This document shows, piece after piece, positions 59,701 through 64,000 of a stretch of 64,000 nt of DNA. The DNA lies in IMG/VR virus record IMGVR_UViG_3300042402_005558; one strand, given 5' to 3'. The stretch is from an uncultured virus (IMG/VR IMGVR_UViG_3300042402_005558). Lineage: Duplodnaviria; Heunggongvirae; Uroviricota; Caudoviricetes. Within the stretch, counting starts at the first letter, position 1. Each line of letters opens with the position of its first letter. A model generated the notes under the pieces. The model was not told the origin of the DNA. It did no database searches and saw only the letters and a program-made list of their open reading frames with translations. The translations under genes and the position numbers were made by a program.

Positions 59701-59716
59701 TCGAAATTAACAGGGT
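59683..59716 (-). terminator. Terminator hairpin overlapping the -35 box
   Basis: On the minus strand ACCCTGTTAAT-TTCG-ATTGACAGGGT-TTCTTTTT. Confidence 0.75.
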
Positions 59717-59741
59717 CTAGATGTTGTATTTTTACAACAGT

Positions 59742-59936
59742 TTAACATTCTAGATCAATGTTTCTACCTTTGTCTAGATCTAACCGTAGATTTCTTGCCA
59801 CCCGTTCTGCAACAATCTGCTCAAAGTTTTTTCGTTCTACTAACTTACGATAATCTTCTTCTCGCTTTTCTTGCAGATTTCTTTGTTCCAGATTGTACTG
59901 TTGTATTTGATATCGTTGGATACTTGATATATTCAT
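59742..59936 (-). CDS. Hypothetical protein
   Basis: 4-nt overlap with the upstream gene; DKGRNID C-terminus. Confidence 0.6.
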   Translation of the reverse strand: MNISSIQRYQIQQYNLEQRNLQEKREEDYRKLVERKNFEQIVAERVARNLRLDLDKGRNIDLEC

Positions 59937-60472
59937 ATGTCACCTTCTCTTTCTCTTCGAGCTCTGCGTTCAGCGGCTAGCATAAAGACTTTCTCGTTGT
60001 CGTTGGTCCAATCTTCTGGAACCGGTACTCCATTGATCGAGTGAGGTTCCTGTTCATCGTAGAGCCAACCCAATGCTCGCATCATGCGATGCTTGACAAG
60101 TAGGTTCGGTGAACGAAACGCTTCAGTGTCGCGGAAGCCTAGCATAACACCGATTTCGCAAACCGCCCCGCTGCGGCAAACGCCGGCGTGACAGTGAACA
60201 ACTACATTCATACGATTCTCTAGTGCGTGTTGCAGTAATCGAACCAGCTCATCAGCCTGTGATTGACTGCAACGCATGACTTCTTCCAATGCAAAGTCTT
60301 TTTCTTCGATGTCCAAGAATTGGAACTGATGGACTTCTTTGAACTGATGTTTAGGAGTAGGAAAATCTCCGGGCGGATCGCAGATCTGGATCAGCATAGA
60401 GTTTATGCCTGCGTCGATGTGATGTCCTTTACGGATATCGCTGAGTGCTACGTTTTGTATCCATGGATTCAT
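59933..60472 (-). CDS. Protein-tyrosine/dual-specificity phosphatase-like protein
   Basis: VHCHAGVCRS (CX5R) motif; FLD; PN. Confidence 0.85.
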   Translation of the reverse strand: MNPWIQNVALSDIRKGHHIDAGINSMLIQICDPPGDFPTPKHQFKEVHQFQFLDIEEKDFALEEVMRCSQSQADELVRLLQHALENRMNVVVHCHAGVCRSGAVCEIGVMLGFRDTEAFRSPNLLVKHRMMRALGWLYDEQEPHSINGVPVPEDWTNDNEKVFMLAAERRARREREGDI

Positions 60473-60473
60473 G

Positions 60474-60896
60474 TCATGCTCCTGTTATCGCAAAAATTTT
60501 ATTGGCTAGCACACGTTCTTTGGTATAGGCTTCGATTTCCCAAGGTTGATCGTAATAGCTTTTACGTATGTGCCGGCCCATCCAATAGTGTGTTTTGCAA
60601 CTGCGGCTGGATTTGATCTGACCGCGAGCATATTGTTTGACATGTATCATTTCGTGTGCCAGGGTGATTATCAGTCTTTCAAACTCTAGCCCAGAGTCTA
60701 TGATCATGGTAAGAAATTTTGGACCTACTTTATGCACCGCACCTCGCATGCCTTCTTTACGGGCCATTCCTCGTTCAGTCATGATCAACAGAGTGAACCG
60801 GCTACGGCTCAATCCCAGTTCTTTGGCAAAGAAATTCGCGGAGGTTTCTATGATTGATTTGGTAGGACTAGCCCTACCTTCCATGATGATCTGCAT
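60474..60896 (-). CDS. Zn metallopeptidase-like protein (HExxH)
   Basis: LAHEMIHVKQY...PWEIEA; start moved to the ATG at 60896 because the TTG in the ORF track is the -35 box. Confidence 0.8.
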   Translation of the reverse strand: MQIIMEGRASPTKSIIETSANFFAKELGLSRSRFTLLIMTERGMARKEGMRGAVHKVGPKFLTMIIDSGLEFERLIITLAHEMIHVKQYARGQIKSSRSCKTHYWMGRHIRKSYYDQPWEIEAYTKERVLANKIFAITGA

Positions 60897-60924
60897 ATAT
60901 GCCTTTGATAATTTGTATACTAGT

Positions 60925-60953
60925 ATTATACTACATTTATCAATTTTTGTCAA
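60925..60953 (-). promoter_or_regulatory. Consensus sigma70 promoter
   Basis: TTGACA-N17-TATAAT. Confidence 0.9.
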
Positions 60954-60954
60954 G

Positions 60955-61028
60955 TGGTGCTCTCAGGTGGTAATGCTCCACCGTTTCTACATTACCAATG
61001 TAGTGTAATGCTTTTATACTATGAGAGC
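60955..61028 (-). tRNA. tRNA-Thr(GGT) with non-canonical D- and T-loops
   Basis: GCTCTCA/TGAGAGC-A-CCA; anticodon arm CTACA-TTGGTAA-TGTAG; T-loop AGCATTA. Confidence 0.8.
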
Positions 61029-61032
61029 GGCG

Positions 61033-61107
61033 TGGTCCGGCCAGCAGGAATCGAACCCACATTCGCGAGGTAGAAGCTCGCTGTATTATCCATTATACTA
61101 TGGCCAG
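61033..61107 (-). tRNA. tRNA-Arg(TCT)
   Basis: Cloverleaf; GCGAG-CTTCTAC-CTCGC; TTCGATT; encoded CCA. Confidence 0.92.
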
Positions 61108-61108
61108 T

Positions 61109-61684
61109 TTAGTCTATTTGAATGTCTGCGGCTAAGACAAATCTGTATTGATCGCTCTGTACGATTCCGGGGCGATGCCACATGTTGCCGGGATAGATCA
61201 ACCAATTACCATCTGCGGGACGCACAAAATATCTGTCATCAGATTGAGGACCCCCCGGTGCCATCTCTGTACCGCAATAGTCTCGATCTTTAACATCCTC
61301 GGGTATGTGTAGATACCAAATACCACTGAGTATTTGTGCGGTGGGGGTAGTAGGATGCCAATGATGATGCCAGAGATTATCACGGTTTTCGGCACCCTCG
61401 AGATTGGTCATAAAACTCCAGGCCATCATGTTAGATATTTTGGCTTCACGGCCTAGATACATGAACGCACTCATCATGAAACTCACACGGTATTTTAACC
61501 ATACAGCTTCTGATCTAGCAAAGATGTTTTCTTTGGTTTGATACTTAGGCGAATTAGTAAAATAGTTACCGTCAGCTATGATCGTCTTGATAATTTCACA
61601 GGCTTCGAGATCATCTTGCTTGGTGATCAACGATGAGAAATCAAATTTTTGAAAAATTTCATTTTTGTCTATCGTTTTGTACAT
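61109..61684 (-). CDS. 2OG-Fe(II) oxygenase-like protein
   Basis: AWS...WHHH...LSGIWYL...GTE...IYPG..WH.P...R pattern. Confidence 0.75.
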   Translation of the reverse strand: MYKTIDKNEIFQKFDFSSLITKQDDLEACEIIKTIIADGNYFTNSPKYQTKENIFARSEAVWLKYRVSFMMSAFMYLGREAKISNMMAWSFMTNLEGAENRDNLWHHHWHPTTPTAQILSGIWYLHIPEDVKDRDYCGTEMAPGGPQSDDRYFVRPADGNWLIYPGNMWHRPGIVQSDQYRFVLAADIQID

Positions 61685-61714
61685 TATGTGTCTTCTGAGA
61701 ATTTAATAATTTTT

Positions 61715-62251
61715 TCAGCCTTTAAAGCCTATATCTAGTATCTTAAAAATATCTTTGTTTTTCAAAATAAAATCTAATACCACAATTACGTCTTGGACAT
61801 TCATTTTTTTACCCTGTTCATTGCGTGTTCTGTCTGTATCAATAAGGCCGGGTCTAAGATTTATTAGATAAGGATATTTTAATACGTGTTGATTTTTTGT
61901 ACAAAAAAGATCCAACTCTTTCTTAACTCGAAAAGACTCTGAAAATTCAAAATTGCCATCTACAAAAGTGGATCTAAAACTACTTACATTAATTATAATT
62001 TTATTTTGATGTTTCCAAAGTTCGTGCATATCTTTAAGTAAATGCAGTTGTGCAGAATCTCCATTAACATGTGCGTTATTCACAAAAATATCTGCATCTT
62101 CAGATGCATTTACTATTTCTGTTCTACAATCAGGGTCAGTGATATCAAACCCATTACTTTTTGAAAATCCAACAACTTCATTGTCTTTAGAAAAATAATC
62201 ATAAATGCCTTTTCCTAGACCTCTCGTATGTCCGGTAACGATTATTTTCAT
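61715..62251 (-). CDS. Short-chain dehydrogenase/reductase-like protein
   Basis: VTGHTRGLG, FVNNA, IINVSS and RPGLIDT motifs; AT-rich. Confidence 0.85.
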   Translation of the reverse strand: MKIIVTGHTRGLGKGIYDYFSKDNEVVGFSKSNGFDITDPDCRTEIVNASEDADIFVNNAHVNGDSAQLHLLKDMHELWKHQNKIIINVSSFRSTFVDGNFEFSESFRVKKELDLFCTKNQHVLKYPYLINLRPGLIDTDRTRNEQGKKMNVQDVIVVLDFILKNKDIFKILDIGFKG

Positions 62252-62265
62252 CTTGTTATTTTATT

Positions 62266-62339
62266 TGGAGCGGGGTAAGAGAATCGAACTCTCCGCATGA
62301 GCTTGGAAGGCTCAGGTATTACCACTATACGAACCCCGC
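62266..62339 (-). tRNA. tRNA-Gly(TCC)
   Basis: GCGGGGT/ACCCCGC-T-CCA; TGAGC-CTTCCAA-GCTCA. Confidence 0.93.
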
Positions 62340-62368
62340 ATAGATTTATTTAATCTATAATCTTAAGA

Positions 62369-62596
62369 CTAGACTTTTTTCAGGTATTCTCGACCCACCG
62401 CACCTGACTGCACATCTAACAGTGCTGCCACAGGTGCGTTCATCTGCGTCTGTAGTTCAGCTGCCTTGTGTCTGCGACTGAGCTCTCTGGCACGAGCTGA
62501 TGCAATCAGCACCAAGTCAAATCTATTACCGCCTATATTTTCCACACATTTTTCTGTGTCAATTTCGGGACCACGACTCAGTGATTTATTTTTCAT
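62369..62596 (-). CDS. rpoZ: RNA polymerase omega subunit homologue
   Basis: NRFDLVLIASARAREL...PVAALLDV..G. Confidence 0.88.
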   Translation of the reverse strand: MKNKSLSRGPEIDTEKCVENIGGNRFDLVLIASARARELSRRHKAAELQTQMNAPVAALLDVQSGAVGREYLKKV

Positions 62597-62610
62597 ACGT
62601 ACCTTATGGT

Positions 62611-62684
62611 TGGTTGCGGGACCCGGAATCGAACCAGGATCTCGAGCTTATGAGACTCGTGAGTTACCGTTTCTCTATCCCGCG
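62611..62684 (-). tRNA. tRNA-Met(CAT), initiator-like
   Basis: C1:A72 mismatch (CGCGGGA/TCCCGCA); loop CTCATAA; encoded CCA. Confidence 0.9.
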
Positions 62685-62690
62685 ATAGTT

Positions 62691-63266
62691 TTAAATTAAT
62701 GCTTCGGCCTGCAATACAGCAACTACATCTTCTGAAAGAGGAATCTCTGTCTTGATGTTGAGTTCTAACACTTCGTCGTTGATCTTCTGTTTCTGCTTTT
62801 TAAGACTCAACACTTCTGCTTTGGCCTGTGCGATCTGTTCTAGTCCTAGCACACCTGTGGTAACTGTGTCGCTGTAGCCGTAGATGCGACTGCGAGTAGA
62901 TTCGCTCTTGTCGTTGCGGATTTTGTCCAGCTTGCCTTTGATTACATCTAGAGCAGTGATTTCTGTGGCCTTGGCCAATTCCTCTAGCTGACCAATACGC
63001 TTGTCGATAAAGGCTGCTTTGGCCAATGCAGTGTCGATACCACTGGCGGTATTGGCTGTGCCTACTAGAGCACGGATATTGTACAGAGCCATGGTCAGCT
63101 TCTGACGGCGGCCGTCATTTTCTACCAAGGTGGAGTTAGCTTTAGTGATAACGTCCTCGACTGTTTGGAACTCATTGATCTCTACAGTGAGATCAATTTT
63201 GATGTTCTTGATTGCTTCTGTGATGCTGTGTTGTACAGCATTGGCCTTGCGCAGTGTGATGTTCAT
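62691..63266 (-). CDS. Coiled-coil protein resembling the DIP1984 family
   Basis: All-helical; IRALVGTAN..IDTALA....KRI..L and LKKQKQKINDEVLELNIKTEI recall the DIP1984 pattern (judged by eye). Confidence 0.6.
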   Translation of the reverse strand: MNITLRKANAVQHSITEAIKNIKIDLTVEINEFQTVEDVITKANSTLVENDGRRQKLTMALYNIRALVGTANTASGIDTALAKAAFIDKRIGQLEELAKATEITALDVIKGKLDKIRNDKSESTRSRIYGYSDTVTTGVLGLEQIAQAKAEVLSLKKQKQKINDEVLELNIKTEIPLSEDVVAVLQAEALI

Positions 63267-63293
63267 TGATTTTCTCTCTTTTTAAAAATATAA

Positions 63294-63552
63294 CGGTTTG
63301 ACGAAAGGTCAAGTAAAAGACCGGACAAAGGACAACGGAAGGTTTGTAATCTTCCTTTGACAATGTGCAATTAACAATACACAGAGGTCCATATATTTCC
63401 GATTAACAAATGACATTCTATTAGGGATCGGATCACACAAACACGTTCCAATGTTCAGTTGGATTGTAAGTTCGGAGTAAGCATGAAGCTCACGCCTTGT
63501 GTCTTTTCTCATCTACCCTTCATCTCGCCGGTCACGTTATTTCTAACGCAAC
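63294..63552 (-). ncRNA. ~260-nt highly structured non-coding RNA or leader
   Basis: 5' GAAA-tetraloop hairpin, long-range closing helix and at least five internal hairpins; begins at the predicted +1 of a promoter. Confidence 0.75.
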
Positions 63553-63558
63553 AAAACA

Positions 63559-63587
63559 AGTATAACATTCTTTACTGTGTTTGTCAA
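63559..63587 (-). promoter_or_regulatory. Sigma70-type promoter for the structured RNA
   Basis: TTGACA-N17-TATACT with an extended -10 TG. Confidence 0.85.
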
Positions 63588-63603
63588 TACTTTTTGGTAA
63601 AAT

Positions 63604-63677
63604 TGGTGCCCCTTGACAGAATCGAACTGCCGTAACCTGATTACAAAACAGGTGTAATACCATTATACTAAAAGGGC
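63604..63677 (-). tRNA. tRNA-Thr(TGT)
   Basis: GCCCTTT/AAGGGGC-A-CCA; loop TTTGTAA; TTCGATT. Confidence 0.92.
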
Positions 63678-63694
63678 CTAATACTATATATCTC

Positions 63695-63768
63695 TGGTGG
63701 AGGATGAGAGAATCGAACTCTCAATCTCGGCTTGCAAAGCCGATGTTATCCCATTTAACTAATCCCCC
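63695..63768 (-). tRNA. tRNA-Ala(TGC)
   Basis: G3:U70 pair; TCGGC-TTTGCAA-GCCGA; encoded CCA. Confidence 0.93.
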
Positions 63769-63774
63769 AGAATT

Positions 63775-63954
63775 TTATTGCTTGACTGCGTCGGGCTTGC
63801 GACCTTTTTCACGTTTAGGTTGGATGGCCGCACATAGTTCAGCGTCAATCATAGCACGTTTCCACTGCCCCTTTTGATGTGGATCTTGGAATGTTGACAG
63901 TGCAAGGCTGGCCTTGAGTGGCTTTGACATCTTGTAGTTCTTAGTAGGTTTCAT
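63775..63954 (-). CDS. Small basic protein (59 aa), missing from the ORF track
   Basis: Translated by hand: MKPTKNYKMSKPLKASLALSTFQDPHQKGQWKRAMIDAELCAAIQPKREKGRKPDAVKQ; SD AAGGA. Confidence 0.65.
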   Translation of the reverse strand: MKPTKNYKMSKPLKASLALSTFQDPHQKGQWKRAMIDAELCAAIQPKREKGRKPDAVKQ

Positions 63955-63973
63955 ATATTTCCTTTTTAAAATT

Positions 63974-64000
63974 TGGCGGAAGACCGGGGACTCGAACCCC
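63974..64000 (-). tRNA. 3' end of a tRNA cut by the window edge (discriminator G, identity unknown)
   Basis: GGGG-TTCGAGT-CCCC T-arm followed by ...TCTTCC-G-CCA. Confidence 0.75.

Noticed and set aside
63309..63512. 67-aa ORF in the ORF track
   Set aside because: Lies wholly within the base-paired RNA and has no recognisable protein features; better explained as non-coding
1..64000. Alternative genetic code (stop-codon reassignment)
   Set aside because: Known genes are full length under the standard code, and no suppressor tRNA is seen in the window

Overview
The window is part of a large T4-like (myovirus-type) dsDNA phage genome. The host is probably a Betaproteobacterium, judging from a Burkholderiales-type porin and Bug/TctC proteins. 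Layout: (1) 0.1-4.2 kb: phoH, clamp loader, MazG-like NTPase, groES and a stand-alone fragment of DNA Pol III alpha. (2) 4.2-19.2 kb: baseplate/tail/fibre module including a 2479-aa protein. (3) 19.3-32.4 kb: uvsE, glycosyltransferase-like genes, kdsA, queD, thyX, an Hc1-like protein and hypotheticals. (4) A 111-nt tRNA-shaped RNA whose anticodon arm is expanded into a predicted pseudoknot. (5) 32.6-56.7 kb: a visibly AT-rich ~24 kb enzyme island with ten HxD...H dioxygenase-like genes, seven PP-loop (SGGxDS-type) ATP pyrophosphatase-like genes, a radical SAM enzyme, two membrane desaturase/hydroxylases, an enolase-superfamily enzyme, a flavin monooxygenase, a porin and TctA/TctB/2xTctC; it carries the same TAAATA late-type promoters as the virion genes. 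(6) 56.7-64 kb: a tail fibre, phosphatases, rpoZ, a tRNA cluster, and a ~260-nt highly structured non-coding RNA with its own sigma70 promoter directly upstream of a DIP1984-like coiled-coil gene. All calls come from reading motifs and base-pairing by eye; no database searches or folding programs were run.
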